A model generated the notes under the pieces. That model ran no database searches and was not told the origin of the DNA. It was given only the letters and a program-made list of their open reading frames with translations. A stretch of 64,000 nt of DNA from NCBI GenBank assembly GCA_029262055.1, contig JAJDAD010000036.1:26772-90771 (forward strand), given 5' to 3'. The DNA is from Candidatus Zhuqueibacterota bacterium. GTDB lineage: Bacteria > Zhuqueibacterota > Zhuqueibacteria > Oceanimicrobiales > Oceanimicrobiaceae. Positions 38,952-49,334 of the stretch are shown here, piece by piece. The stretch's first letter is position 1. Every line of letters starts with the position of its first letter. Position numbers and translations under genes: made by a program.

Positions 38952-41552
38952 TCATTTCGTCAAAGCCATTTTTCTTACTTCTATAAAATCACCCGCGCGC
39001 AACTGGTAAAAGTACACTCCGGTTGCGATGGGGCGGTTTACGCTATCACGGCCGTCCCAAACTACTGAATGACTGCCGGCCGGTAGCGGTTCGTCAACCA
39101 GTGTTTTGATGGTCTGTCCCAACGTGTTGAATATCTTCAATATTACGTTATCCGAGACCTCACCAGGCACGTCAAAACGAATGGTCGTGGATGGGTTGAA
39201 CGGATTGGGGTAGTTCTGTGACAAGCTATAGTCCGTGGGGACAATGGCACTCTCCTGCAGGACCGGCGGACTTGCGGGGTCATAGTCCGCTTCGCGCAGC
39301 CAAAGTTGGGAAATAAAAGCATCGTCCTCCCCGGCAATTTTCGCGATGCGGATGGTGATGTCACCGTCAGAATAAGTTTCCCTCGGAAGCATCTTCCACT
39401 CAACCTGGTTTAACCCGTCTGGCAAAATCATTTCGTCTACCATATGATCATCTACCGTTATACGTTGCTTCAGATAGCCTACCTCATTGTTGAATTGGGC
39501 TTTAATCTCGTACTCAGCAGTTGGGTTTAGATTGGAAAAGCGATAGATGACTTCCGAGGGGTGTTTTGCGCTGCTTTGGCTTGGAGCAGTTCCCCAATCA
39601 GTATTGCGTGTTCCTTGCACTAAATGTGAATCATGATATCTATCACTGCCGCTGTCTTCGTGATAATAGAGCGGCAGGTAGAGTTCCGGTGTTTCGCGGA
39701 TAACCGTAGTGTTGCCATAACTGGACTCGGCGGTCAGTTGCAGCCGGTAGTAATCTGGTGCGATTGGCCAACCGGAGTCATCCCGCCTGTCCCAGTCCAA
39801 GCTTTTTGCGCCGGGTATGACCCAGCCAACCGGGATTTGCCGCACCGTGACATTGCTTTCCGCATCAATGATCTTCAGGGTGAGTTTGGCTTGGTCCGTC
39901 ACGGTAGCGGCGAGGCTCACCCGGTCCAGCTCCTGACTGAGGTTTACCGCAAAGTCATCGAGCTCGAGACCAAGTTGAAAACGTTCCGCGCCCGAAGTCT
40001 CGGACCATTGTCCCAGACTCAGGGCCTGGTCGTACCCCGTCCAGTAGTCCCGGTTTTCCGCCTCGACATGCACCCGGCCAAAAGTGACACTGAAGTTGAC
40101 CGGCGACACCAGCGAGTTCTCAGTACCGCGGACTCGCGTGATGGGCGCCAGGGCCGAGTTGAGTTTGCAGACCTCGCGGTAGCTGCGGTCGCTGGCATAG
40201 ACGTTACCCCAGTGGTCCACATCTAAAGAGGTGAATTGACTTTCCTCCTGGCCATCGTAAGCGCCTTGCCATTTCACCCGACCGGGTGTCACCAGCAGGC
40301 GGACGACTCTGCGATTGCCACTGTCCGCGACATAAAGCTGTCCGTTACTGATGCCGTTAAACCGGCCGACGGCAATGGCTTGCGGGCGTGCAAACATGCC
40401 CACAGATTTCCCTGTGTTGCCGTAGATGTAGCGTACTGCGGCGGCTTCATTTTTTATTGCGTACGCTACGATCCTGTCATTCCCCGTGTCGGCAACCCAG
40501 AGAAGATCATCGGAATCCGTAAATGGTGTGCCTGAGTCATCCCAGGCGACATCGTAAGGGAGGTTGAGCTGGCCCGAACCGAAATCAAACTGATATTGCA
40601 ATTGGGTGCCAGCACCGTTTCCTTTCAACCTCAGAACTACAACGCGGTCATTCCCCGTGTCCGCGACGTAGACGGTACCACTTACGTCCCGATCTATGCC
40701 GTGCGGCCGGTTTAATTCCTCCGGGCCCGCTACTGTTTGTCCATACTCTTTTATCCAGCCGTCATAATCGCCATAAATGATCCGGTTCCAGGCCGGGTCG
40801 GTAACCATCAAAACATATTGCGCCGACAAGAAGGGCGCCTTCTCAAGCTGAGTAACCGATGAAAACAGGGTCGCAGCATACGGCTTGCTGAAAAGTTGCC
40901 GCTCCAACTGTTCTTTGGTGACGCTTCTGGTCAGGATTGCTATCTTGTGTTCGTCGCTGATTGCGCGTCTTGATAACGTAGCGCCATTCGCCCCCGGGTC
41001 ACGATACAATTCAAACTCGGCTGTCTCGTGGCCGGTTGTGGGGCTTCCGGCTTGCGCCATCTCGGATACGTGCGCCAATTCTGTGGCACGTACCAATTTC
41101 CACTGATTGTTGATCTTGCGAAAGTTCAAGCTATAATTTGTCTTTGAAATGAAGTCATGACGAGTCAGAGTCGCTGTAACCGACGCTCTGTCCGAGCCAT
41201 CAAAGATTATGGTTGAATTGGTTATTCCTAGGTTCGGCAGCGTCGACTGTTTTGATGAGGCAAAACTGTCACTTTCTTTAACCTGGCTTAACTTCTTTTG
41301 GGTGACAAAATCAGATTGCCGCACTTCAGGGGAGAGAAATGGCTGTAGCGTGGTGACGTCGCCCGAAGCCAAGCCCTGCTCGATCAAATTTATGGTTAAC
41401 TCTAACAGACCCCTATCGTCCATCTGCGCCCGGTTCAAACCCAATTTGGCCGGACTCGTGTTTCCGCCGGAATACAGGCCGGCGGGGACTGAGCAGAGCA
41501 GGAGCATTGCCAAAAGTCTTAAGGGTTGCCGAAAACGTGCTATCATCATCAT
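38952..41552 (-). CDS. Secreted NHL-repeat protein with an internal FlgD-like Ig domain and FlgD-Ig/T9SS-type CTD
   Basis: VYVADTGNDRV repeats; internal WDRRDDSG..YRLQL; terminal QNYPNPFNPSTTIRF; start ATG 41552. Confidence 0.85.
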   Translation of the reverse strand: MMMIARFRQPLRLLAMLLLCSVPAGLYSGGNTSPAKLGLNRAQMDDRGLLELTINLIEQGLASGDVTTLQPFLSPEVRQSDFVTQKKLSQVKESDSFASSKQSTLPNLGITNSTIIFDGSDRASVTATLTRHDFISKTNYSLNFRKINNQWKLVRATELAHVSEMAQAGSPTTGHETAEFELYRDPGANGATLSRRAISDEHKIAILTRSVTKEQLERQLFSKPYAATLFSSVTQLEKAPFLSAQYVLMVTDPAWNRIIYGDYDGWIKEYGQTVAGPEELNRPHGIDRDVSGTVYVADTGNDRVVVLRLKGNGAGTQLQYQFDFGSGQLNLPYDVAWDDSGTPFTDSDDLLWVADTGNDRIVAYAIKNEAAAVRYIYGNTGKSVGMFARPQAIAVGRFNGISNGQLYVADSGNRRVVRLLVTPGRVKWQGAYDGQEESQFTSLDVDHWGNVYASDRSYREVCKLNSALAPITRVRGTENSLVSPVNFSVTFGRVHVEAENRDYWTGYDQALSLGQWSETSGAERFQLGLELDDFAVNLSQELDRVSLAATVTDQAKLTLKIIDAESNVTVRQIPVGWVIPGAKSLDWDRRDDSGWPIAPDYYRLQLTAESSYGNTTVIRETPELYLPLYYHEDSGSDRYHDSHLVQGTRNTDWGTAPSQSSAKHPSEVIYRFSNLNPTAEYEIKAQFNNEVGYLKQRITVDDHMVDEMILPDGLNQVEWKMLPRETYSDGDITIRIAKIAGEDDAFISQLWLREADYDPASPPVLQESAIVPTDYSLSQNYPNPFNPSTTIRFDVPGEVSDNVILKIFNTLGQTIKTLVDEPLPAGSHSVVWDGRDSVNRPIATGVYFYQLRAGDFIEVRKMALTK

Positions 41553-41556
41553 CTCT

Positions 41557-42669
41557 CTAGTAACTGAACACAAGGCCCAGTTGAAATATGTCCGCAGTGA
41601 AATCGTTGGACGAAAAGTAACGCTCGTACTTTGCCTCGAAACTGCCGGATGACATGAACGAAAGCGCTCCTTCCTCAAAGAGGTCACTGAGCTTGTATTC
41701 AACTTTGAAGCCGAACATGTGGGCGTTGAATTTTTCCAGTTTATAATCTGATGTCATGTACTGCTGCGGTGCCGCATAATTTGGACGAAAGAAATCAGCC
41801 TCACTCTGGGTGTAGTAACGGTAGCGATACCGGATCAAGACCTTGTCGCTGAAGTACTGGTAGTACATGAAGTTGGCCGTGTGCGACTGAACATCCCAAT
41901 CGTCGTGATAGAGCCGGTATTCGAAGTTTAAGGCGGTTTCCGTGGTGAAGTAGCGGTTCAGTTTGAGAAACAGGGCAGCGCGCGATCTTTCGAGGGGATG
42001 GTTTTCGAGAAAAATCCCGCCACCGGCATTAACCGTGCGGTAAGGATTGCTCTGAAAACCATCCACGAATGAGTAATCTATGCCGACACGGCCGATTAAG
42101 TCCGGGCGCAGGGCCTGAGTCAGGGTAACATTAAAATTGTGTGCCTGTTTCGTATGCGAAGTGTCGGAGCCCAGCGGCTCGACGTCATCCCAGCCAAAAC
42201 TGTATGAGCCGGAAATGTTGGTGTTCTTCTGAGCAAAATCGCCATTGGCGGACACCGAAACCATGCGGCCCGTATAGTCGCTTTCGGTGCTGAAGTAGTA
42301 ACGGGCCTGAAAACCCGGCACTGCCAGCCCCAGGTTGAACTCGTTTCTGTCTTTGGTGAAGGACGCGCTGGCCGGATCTTCTCCGTCTACCGGCCGGGAC
42401 GCGCCCGTGATCGCGTCGGTGGGTGAAGGCGCCGCAGCCAGGCCGCGAATCGGCGGAATGATCACACGGTCGATGCTATAGCGCAGCAAGAAATCAACAT
42501 CGTTCATGATACGCTTGACAAGCTCGACTGCGGGCGATTGCACCGAGGTTCCGGTGTTGTCACTGAAGATGTTGGTGCGCACGCTAACCTTGTCGCCGGA
42601 AATCAGAATCGTGTGTGGCATGAAAACCATAAGGACAAGTAATCCCTGAAAAATAGTCCGCTGCATCAT
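41557..42669 (-). CDS. DUF3570-like outer-membrane beta-barrel
   Basis: DAITGAS, STESDY, NPYR, YRLYHDDW, YRYYTQSEADF, TSDYKL; aromatic C-terminal residue. Confidence 0.8.
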   Translation of the reverse strand: MMQRTIFQGLLVLMVFMPHTILISGDKVSVRTNIFSDNTGTSVQSPAVELVKRIMNDVDFLLRYSIDRVIIPPIRGLAAAPSPTDAITGASRPVDGEDPASASFTKDRNEFNLGLAVPGFQARYYFSTESDYTGRMVSVSANGDFAQKNTNISGSYSFGWDDVEPLGSDTSHTKQAHNFNVTLTQALRPDLIGRVGIDYSFVDGFQSNPYRTVNAGGGIFLENHPLERSRAALFLKLNRYFTTETALNFEYRLYHDDWDVQSHTANFMYYQYFSDKVLIRYRYRYYTQSEADFFRPNYAAPQQYMTSDYKLEKFNAHMFGFKVEYKLSDLFEEGALSFMSSGSFEAKYERYFSSNDFTADIFQLGLVFSY

Positions 42670-42690
42670 TTCAATTATAGTGGACGTCTG

Positions 42691-42921
42691 CTAATTGCAG
42701 GCGCAACCACCGCCTGCTCCGCCGTTCCCACCAATGCTGCCTTCGCGAGTCTCCAGAAAATGGCGTTCGAGCATTACCTCTTCAGCAAAGGCGTCGAACT
42801 GCATGACCCGGTCAGCGAGGTGTTCGCGTTCATAGGGCTTCACCGTTGTACATCCCTGCAGGATGATTCCGAAAATAATCAGGACAAAGCCCGTAACCGC
42901 CAGCATAATCAAGTCGCGCAT
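42691..42921 (-). CDS. DUF4266-like small lipoprotein
   Basis: Lipobox LQGC, VKPYERExLA, C-terminal GGNGGAGGGCACN; start ATG 42921. Confidence 0.85.
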   Translation of the reverse strand: MRDLIMLAVTGFVLIIFGIILQGCTTVKPYEREHLADRVMQFDAFAEEVMLERHFLETREGSIGGNGGAGGGCACN

Positions 42922-42922
42922 T

Positions 42923-43477
42923 CTACAGCTCCGATGATTGTTCTTTTTGCCTGGCACGACCGGACTTCCTTTGACCGCCGCGCAGCAGGTATTGAATCTC
43001 TTTCTTGTAAATTTCGTACTGCTCGTTTTTGAAGCCGGCATGCACGGCTCTAATCCAGCCACTCCTGTCGATCAGAAAGGTGGTTGGCATGGTCGCAACG
43101 TCGTAGGCAGATACGACTTTCTTGTTTCTGTCCCAAACGGCGTTGAGCGCGATGTTGTGTTGCGTCAAGAACTGCACTGCGTTTTCCAAATCGTTGTCGA
43201 TGTTCACGGCCACCACGGCGAAGTCCCTGTCGTTGTACGTTTTGTTGAGGAGATCTAGATAGGGCAGCTCCTCGCGGCAGGGCCCGCACCAGCTCGCCCA
43301 AAAATCGAGCAGGACTACCTTGCCGCGCAAGTCACTCAAGGTCAGGCGTTCCCCCGTAAATTTTTGCAGGGTAAAATCTACCGCGCGGCTACCAACTGTC
43401 GGTTGCTTAGCCTGCAGCGGCGCGGCTGTGAGCGCAGCCAGTAGAGCCAGGGCGTTGAGTTTTATCATTCTTTTCAT
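42923..43477 (-). CDS. TlpA/ResA-family thiol-disulfide oxidoreductase
   Basis: Signal peptide, LDFWASWCGPC, MPTTFLID. Confidence 0.92.
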   Translation of the reverse strand: MKRMIKLNALALLAALTAAPLQAKQPTVGSRAVDFTLQKFTGERLTLSDLRGKVVLLDFWASWCGPCREELPYLDLLNKTYNDRDFAVVAVNIDNDLENAVQFLTQHNIALNAVWDRNKKVVSAYDVATMPTTFLIDRSGWIRAVHAGFKNEQYEIYKKEIQYLLRGGQRKSGRARQKEQSSEL

Positions 43478-43481
43478 GTGG

Positions 43482-45413
43482 CTAACGGTATTGTGCGCCC
43501 AGATCTATCCAGTTCAGTATTTGTCGTAACTCGGTATCCGCTAGGGTATTTTCGGCATCCGGGTGGCGCCCGCCTCCCTGAAACTCCTCGATGCCCAACA
43601 GTTTGTCAGCCAGTCTGCTGCGCCTGGAAAAGGGCGCCCGTACCAGGCCGTCGCCACGCATGAGATTGACATAGCCAATTGAGAACGTTTCCTGCTCAAT
43701 GGATTTTTCCAGCGCAAGATCGAGATTGGCAGCGGGCGTTGCGCCGGAATGGCAGGACAGACATTTTGCCGCGACGATTGCCTCGATGGCAGCGCCGTAG
43801 CTGACGTCTTCCCTGTCGGAGAGGGCGACATTCAAATCTGTCGGCGGGAAATTGTCCGCCATCGGGACGCTGTTTCCGGGAGCCTGTCCCCGCGGGCCGT
43901 GACAGCCGGTACACTTGGTGAACTGCTCGCCCGGCCGGACCGTAACCCAATTGCGTTTCACCACGAGCGCCCGCCCGAGTGAATCAACCGTGTTAAAGGA
44001 CAACGGAATGTTGCTCGGCACCCGTATTTTGAACGAACCGTCCGCCTGCACCGGCGCGAACCCGATGATGCGCTTCTGCTCGAAGTTGGTCATCCCGACC
44101 GCCCGGCGATCATTTTTCGGGACCGGAATGCCTTCGATCACCAGGACTTGTTTTACTTCCTGAATAGACTGATCGGGCCGCACCTGGCCATCACCGTCTT
44201 GCCGGAAGTAGACGTTTCTCACCAGGAAAACGCCCGAGTCCTGGCTTTTGTCCAGCTCGGATGGGATGACCGGCGGGATAGGACGGTCGCCAATCACAAC
44301 CGCGTCCAGCTCGTGAAAATCCGGATCATTGTAAAGCAGGCGCAGATCACTGCCGTCCGTCGCGATGGTGTAGAGTCCGTAGTCGGGTGCAATTTCTTCA
44401 ATGATGTTGTCGTTTCCGTCTTTGAACGTCCCGAAACGGGGCGAGTATGAAACCACCAGTCTCTCGTCCGCCGGGACCGGATGCGGATATTTGAAAGCCC
44501 CTTTTTCATAGGGCGGCCCATTGGTTTCGATATCGGGCGTGATATTGAGGAAGTCTCCGTCCGCCTCCGGCTCGCCGGCCGCAGTCGTTTTTTTGACGAT
44601 AACGATGGGCCCACGGTCGCCATTGACCATGGCTGAGTGAACCGCGACGATCCGGTTGTCGGCCATCTCGCGGGGATGAAAGAAACTGCGCTTGCGATGC
44701 GGGCTGAAGAAAGTGAACGTGCCGTGCCCGTCCGGGTTGGTGAAGAACAGGGGAAAGCGGTTTATCGGGCCATGGTGCTCCCAGCGCGTGTAGAGGATTC
44801 TGCCATCAGACATCACGATTGGATCAAAGTCGTCACTGGCGTTGAATGAGATGCATTCGACATTGGAGCCGTCCGAGTCCATCACATGCATGACCTCAAC
44901 GGGCTGCCGGTTGTACTCATCCCGGAAGTCCGGCCGGTTGGACGTGAACAGGATTTTGCCGTTGGGCAGGTAGACCGGATCGAAATCGTCCTGACCCGGC
45001 TCAAAAGTCAGTTGCCGCAGGTTGGAGCCGTCCACATTCATTTCATAGATGTTGAAACTGTCGCTCCGGTTGCGGCGCATGGAGAACATCACCCGCAGGC
45101 CGTCGAATGAGATTTCCGGATCGCAAACGTCGCCATCTGCCAGCTTGGTCAGGTTGGTGAGCTTCCCGCTTGGCGAGGCCGGGATTAAAGAAAACAGGTT
45201 CCCGCCCGCTGAAAAGCGATTCAGAGTATTTGTGCGCGTAGCTTTCACGAAAATAATCCCTGTGGGCGACTCCTGTTGAATGAGATCGTCCGGCAGGCCG
45301 CCCTGACAAGCGAAGTGGGTCGCGCCCACCATAATAAGGAAAGCCTGCAGCCATTTTGTAGTTCTGCAAAGACCATGTTGTTCTTTTCCCGGATGTCGAT
45401 GCAAGCTGTTCAA
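43482..45413 (-). CDS. HzsA-like protein: TolB/PD40 propeller + HZS-alpha-type middle domain + two c-type hemes
   Basis: Lipobox-like HFAC; PD40 repeats; ILYTRWEH; APVQADGSF.IRVP..P; CTGCH and CLSCH; WIDLGA end. Confidence 0.8.
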   Translation of the reverse strand: MNSLHRHPGKEQHGLCRTTKWLQAFLIMVGATHFACQGGLPDDLIQQESPTGIIFVKATRTNTLNRFSAGGNLFSLIPASPSGKLTNLTKLADGDVCDPEISFDGLRVMFSMRRNRSDSFNIYEMNVDGSNLRQLTFEPGQDDFDPVYLPNGKILFTSNRPDFRDEYNRQPVEVMHVMDSDGSNVECISFNASDDFDPIVMSDGRILYTRWEHHGPINRFPLFFTNPDGHGTFTFFSPHRKRSFFHPREMADNRIVAVHSAMVNGDRGPIVIVKKTTAAGEPEADGDFLNITPDIETNGPPYEKGAFKYPHPVPADERLVVSYSPRFGTFKDGNDNIIEEIAPDYGLYTIATDGSDLRLLYNDPDFHELDAVVIGDRPIPPVIPSELDKSQDSGVFLVRNVYFRQDGDGQVRPDQSIQEVKQVLVIEGIPVPKNDRRAVGMTNFEQKRIIGFAPVQADGSFKIRVPSNIPLSFNTVDSLGRALVVKRNWVTVRPGEQFTKCTGCHGPRGQAPGNSVPMADNFPPTDLNVALSDREDVSYGAAIEAIVAAKCLSCHSGATPAANLDLALEKSIEQETFSIGYVNLMRGDGLVRAPFSRRSRLADKLLGIEEFQGGGRHPDAENTLADTELRQILNWIDLGAQYR

Positions 45414-45434
45414 AACGTCGTCCCTGGCTTAGTT

Positions 45435-45980
45435 CTATTGCAGATAAAATGAAATACCGAGCGAAATCTCCAGGTTGTTGTTGGTCCAGGATGTGTTACC
45501 CTGCCCGCTGGAGAAGATGTAGTCGTTGATTTCGTAGCGCAGAAAGGTCGAGCGCCCGATGGGAAACTTCGTTCCCAAGCCAATATTGAAAGTCAGATTA
45601 GATTCTGAATGCTGTCTGGTGATGCCCAGGCCCGCGACCAGATACGGTATGACGGCCCCGAATGGGTGCGAGTGCGTGACTCTGCCGTTGTAGTAAATCA
45701 CGGTAGAACTGCCCTGCTCCGGCGCTGCCAGCCCTGCCTGCTGAAAGAAATCCTGCCCGGCTTTGGCAAAGCCGAGAGCAGCGCCAAAGGCCAGCCGTTC
45801 GTCGAAATGGTGTTCGTAGCGCAGTCCCAGGGCCAGCGAGTTCTGGAAACGGTCAGGGGCATAGAAACCACTGAACAAGAAGATCTCGTGGTCAGTTGCG
45901 GGCTGTGCGGCAAGCGACGGGCATAAGCCGAGCGCGACCAGGTGCGATAGCAGGAGGAGGTTTCTACGTGTCTTTCTCAT
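45435..45980 (-). CDS. Small outer-membrane beta-barrel protein
   Basis: Signal peptide, amphipathic strands, PYLVAGLG, terminal GISFY. Confidence 0.8.
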   Translation of the reverse strand: MRKTRRNLLLLSHLVALGLCPSLAAQPATDHEIFLFSGFYAPDRFQNSLALGLRYEHHFDERLAFGAALGFAKAGQDFFQQAGLAAPEQGSSTVIYYNGRVTHSHPFGAVIPYLVAGLGITRQHSESNLTFNIGLGTKFPIGRSTFLRYEINDYIFSSGQGNTSWTNNNLEISLGISFYLQ

Positions 45981-45982
45981 GT

Positions 45983-46849
45983 TCAGTCCCAAAATGTCCC
46001 GACCAGAAGGCCGACCGTGACTTCTCTGAAGTTGTTAATCCCCTTGCCGACGAACACCGTATACTGCGAGATATTTGCCAAGAGAGACATCCGCCTGCTG
46101 AGACGCTTTCTGGCGCCGAGGCCGTAGTTGAGCGCCATGTGGGAGACGCCCCGACTGTCAACGCTTCTTTCGGGTACGGTATTGATGACGCCGAGGCCGC
46201 CGGTGACAAAAGGCAAGAAATCCCGCCCTTGCGACCGTGACAACAGATAAGACAGATTCGCCATCATCAAATAAGAGCTGGCTGCGTTCCCCAGCGCATG
46301 CTTGAACGAACCTTCCAAAGCAAGCCTTGGCGTTTGATGAAAAATAAATTTCCAGTTGTAGGTGAAATCGGTTTCGAGCATGCCAATACCGAATGTATAG
46401 CCGAATCTGCGGTAGTGCCTGTTTTTCTGCAACAGCGTGTTCCGGTTCTGTATCAGGTCAGCCGCCTCAGGCCGATTTTGCGGGAGTGAGGTCCCGTTTA
46501 CTGATGCGTCCCGGTTTTGCTGGCCAGGAGCGTTGCTCCGTCTACTCGTGGTCTCTTTGGCCGTCGCCGTGCTTTCCGGGAGCAGGAGCCAGCCCTTTTT
46601 GCCACCTCGCGCTTGAACCTTGACCCAGTTGTTGCGTTGCCCCAGGACGCGAATGGTATCCCCTTTGGCGAGGACTTGCACCACCGGTTGCTCTTTAGCT
46701 GGCAATGCGTAGACTTTGACGCCATCTTTGGCGATGCGTGCGTGCTGCGCCAGCGCCCCATGGGTCGTGACCAGGGTCCCGGCTGAAAAAAGTAGCGCCC
46801 TAATCAGGGTATGTGGTTTAGTTACGGTCATTTGTGAAAGATATCTCAT
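45983..46849 (-). CDS. SH3b domain + outer-membrane beta-barrel protein
   Basis: KGDTIRVLG..WVKV..GW (SH3b), then barrel PFVTGGLG..NYGLG. Confidence 0.75.
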   Translation of the reverse strand: MRYLSQMTVTKPHTLIRALLFSAGTLVTTHGALAQHARIAKDGVKVYALPAKEQPVVQVLAKGDTIRVLGQRNNWVKVQARGGKKGWLLLPESTATAKETTSRRSNAPGQQNRDASVNGTSLPQNRPEAADLIQNRNTLLQKNRHYRRFGYTFGIGMLETDFTYNWKFIFHQTPRLALEGSFKHALGNAASSYLMMANLSYLLSRSQGRDFLPFVTGGLGVINTVPERSVDSRGVSHMALNYGLGARKRLSRRMSLLANISQYTVFVGKGINNFREVTVGLLVGTFWD

Positions 46850-46851
46850 GC

Positions 46852-47478
46852 TCAAAACCGGACTGACAGGCCAAGACCGAGGAACGTGGCGCTGGCCCAG
46901 GTCTGTCCCGTGACCTCACCGGCAGCGATTCGATTCATCCGAAAGAAGGACTTATCAACGTGAAAGACAGCATCCCAGACACTGCTAATCGCAACATGGA
47001 GACCGGCCCCCAAAGTCATCGCAAGCTTATGCTCGGTTGCAGGTTCGTTTGTAAGCGTTCTGCCAGCTCCAAGTGGTAAGACTGATTTTCCCGGATTCAA
47101 AACCAGGCCACCTGCTCCGGCCTTTACGAAAGGCCGCACTGTCGCCAGGGTGGTTCCGGGTTTAATCAAGGTCAGATTCATGTTGTACTTGTATACCATC
47201 AGGTCTGTGTTTATTTTAGATATCGCTGTTGTAGTTCTTTGCCGGTTCGGGTTCGCTGAGAAGCTCATTCCAAGTCGAAGAAAGTTCCTGATTCCGTAGT
47301 CCACTGCCAACTTGATGGACAGGCCATTTACGGCCGGTAGTGACTTACTGTATGAAGTGAATCCCAGGGAACCCTCGACCGCCACCCTGTCTTTGCCGCC
47401 CTGACTGAAACCCGGGGCAACTGGCGTCAAAGCAAAGATGCAAGCGCAGAGGCCGAGCTTGCTAAACCGGAGATTCAC
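46852..47478 (-). CDS. Small outer-membrane beta-barrel protein
   Basis: Signal peptide, RPFVKAGAG, terminal GLSVRF. Confidence 0.8.
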   Translation of the reverse strand: MNLRFSKLGLCACIFALTPVAPGFSQGGKDRVAVEGSLGFTSYSKSLPAVNGLSIKLAVDYGIRNFLRLGMSFSANPNRQRTTTAISKINTDLMVYKYNMNLTLIKPGTTLATVRPFVKAGAGGLVLNPGKSVLPLGAGRTLTNEPATEHKLAMTLGAGLHVAISSVWDAVFHVDKSFFRMNRIAAGEVTGQTWASATFLGLGLSVRF

Positions 47479-47777
47479 CAGTGCATTTAATGTAATTTAT
47501 TCCCCTTGGTAGGTGGCCATAGAAAGTCAATGCGGTTTATCACGGCAAGGAGTATGCCATTGTTTGATTTGTTCGCTTTTCGTAATTTTTATGCGTAATT
47601 CTGACCGCAAGCTGCCCGATGCGTACCGATAGCGTGACACGGGTTGGTAAATTTTTGCCCAATCTGGCTGAAAAGCGAGCAGTAGGCGCAGCAAAGCCTT
47701 TCTATATTTCACGATGAGGCCGTGATTTTGTGTGTTTCGATGAATGTGGGGAGAAATTCCACTATTACCTGCAGGAG

Positions 47778-49334
47778 ATGATGGCACGGATCAGTTTAGT
47801 TACCGCGTTGTTCGGTCTCATGCTTTGGCAGCCGTGTATTCTGTTGAGCAAGGATATGTTCCGGGCCTTCGACCTACCTTGCAGCGGAAAATTCCTTCGT
47901 TATCATATCGAAGATTTGAATAATGATGGTCTGAAGGACCTGATGTTGCTGCAACGGCGAGGCGTCGCCGGCGAGTCCACACGGTCGATTTCTATTTTTA
48001 CGCAGCGGGCAGACGGGTTTGCGGTAACCGCCCTGCAGGAATTCGAACTCGACGACAGCACCGTCCTGTTCGATGTCGGTGATGTTACCGGTGACGGGAC
48101 TAAGGAGTTTGTGTTCATCACGCCGGGTTCGGTGCAGTTTTATTCCTGGACCGAGGCGGGCTTTGCTCTGTCAGCGATTCCTTTGTTGCGCCGCGAGTCT
48201 GCTTTCATGCTGCATGACATGAACTCTACCGTCACCTTCGATTTTGTCCGAGATGTTAATGGTCAGGGCCCGGATGAAGTTTTTATTCCCGGCATCAGGC
48301 AGGCGAGCATTTTCTACTGGATGGAGTCGCAATGGCAGGAGCACCATCTGGCATTGCGGGCTGACGTCGATTATGGCGTGGGCTTCAACGGCCGTTTTTC
48401 GGCCGGGGCTCGCGCAATAGCCGCGTACGCAACTCCCTACATCACGTGGCAGGACTTCAACAGGGATAATCAAGAGGATCTGGTTGCGATTTACCGTGAC
48501 AGTTTGGTCGTCTTATGTCAGAACGCGGACGGGATCATTACCGACTCGCTACGCTTTCAAACTCCTCTGGACTACGGCGAGATTTGGCAAGGAGACAAGA
48601 TCCACAGAACCAGAATAGGAGACGACAGCGTGCGCCGCTACCTGATGCGCGTGATCGATCTTAACAATGATGGCCTTCTGGATATCGTTGCCTCCCGCGT
48701 TTCCACGGAAGAGAGTATCATGAACCCCACGACCGAACTGATGATTCATTTTGGCAGGCCGGTGTCATTGGATTCAGGAAGGGGATTGTCATTCAGCGCC
48801 GTGCCGGATCAGGTCGTGCGACCTGTCGGGACCCAGTTGGTTCTGGATATTTTGGACCTGAATCAGGATGGCCGCTACGATTTGCTCGTTCCGGCGGTCC
48901 GGGTTGGGCTCGCCAATTTGGTCCGGATGTTGCTGACCAAGAGCCTGGTAATCGAGAATAGCGGCTATATCATGGATGAAAAGAACACCTACCCGGACAA
49001 ACCTGATTTCAAGACCAAGTTACGAATGAAGTTTTCTTACAGTGGTGGCGCCACTTCGCCGGTTTATGAAGTTGCGGATTTTACCGGAGATGGCCGTCTG
49101 GATATGATGAGCAGCGAAACCAACAGGCTCGTTCTGTTTCCGGGTCAGGCAGGGGGGGCTTTCAGTTCCACGGTTGCGCGAAGGCAGGATATTGTTCTGC
49201 CTCAGGATGGAGAACTGGTGACCGCCCTGCACATAAATGGTGACGCAAAGGCCGACCTGCTGATCAAATACAATGACGATGCCAGGATAAGACCGGAATT
49301 TCGGAATCTAATTCGAATTCTCTTGGCCAATTGA
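47778..49334 (+). CDS. Secreted FG-GAP/VCBS repeat protein
   Basis: AGGAG RBS; DLNNDGLKD, DFNRD, DLNQDGRYD, DFTGDGRLD repeats. Confidence 0.85.
   Translation: MMARISLVTALFGLMLWQPCILLSKDMFRAFDLPCSGKFLRYHIEDLNNDGLKDLMLLQRRGVAGESTRSISIFTQRADGFAVTALQEFELDDSTVLFDVGDVTGDGTKEFVFITPGSVQFYSWTEAGFALSAIPLLRRESAFMLHDMNSTVTFDFVRDVNGQGPDEVFIPGIRQASIFYWMESQWQEHHLALRADVDYGVGFNGRFSAGARAIAAYATPYITWQDFNRDNQEDLVAIYRDSLVVLCQNADGIITDSLRFQTPLDYGEIWQGDKIHRTRIGDDSVRRYLMRVIDLNNDGLLDIVASRVSTEESIMNPTTELMIHFGRPVSLDSGRGLSFSAVPDQVVRPVGTQLVLDILDLNQDGRYDLLVPAVRVGLANLVRMLLTKSLVIENSGYIMDEKNTYPDKPDFKTKLRMKFSYSGGATSPVYEVADFTGDGRLDMMSSETNRLVLFPGQAGGAFSSTVARRQDIVLPQDGELVTALHINGDAKADLLIKYNDDARIRPEFRNLIRILLAN

Noticed and set aside
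43482..45413. True anammox hydrazine synthase
   Set aside because: No hzsB/hzsC or other anammox genes, and the protein is shorter; only the domain architecture is similar.
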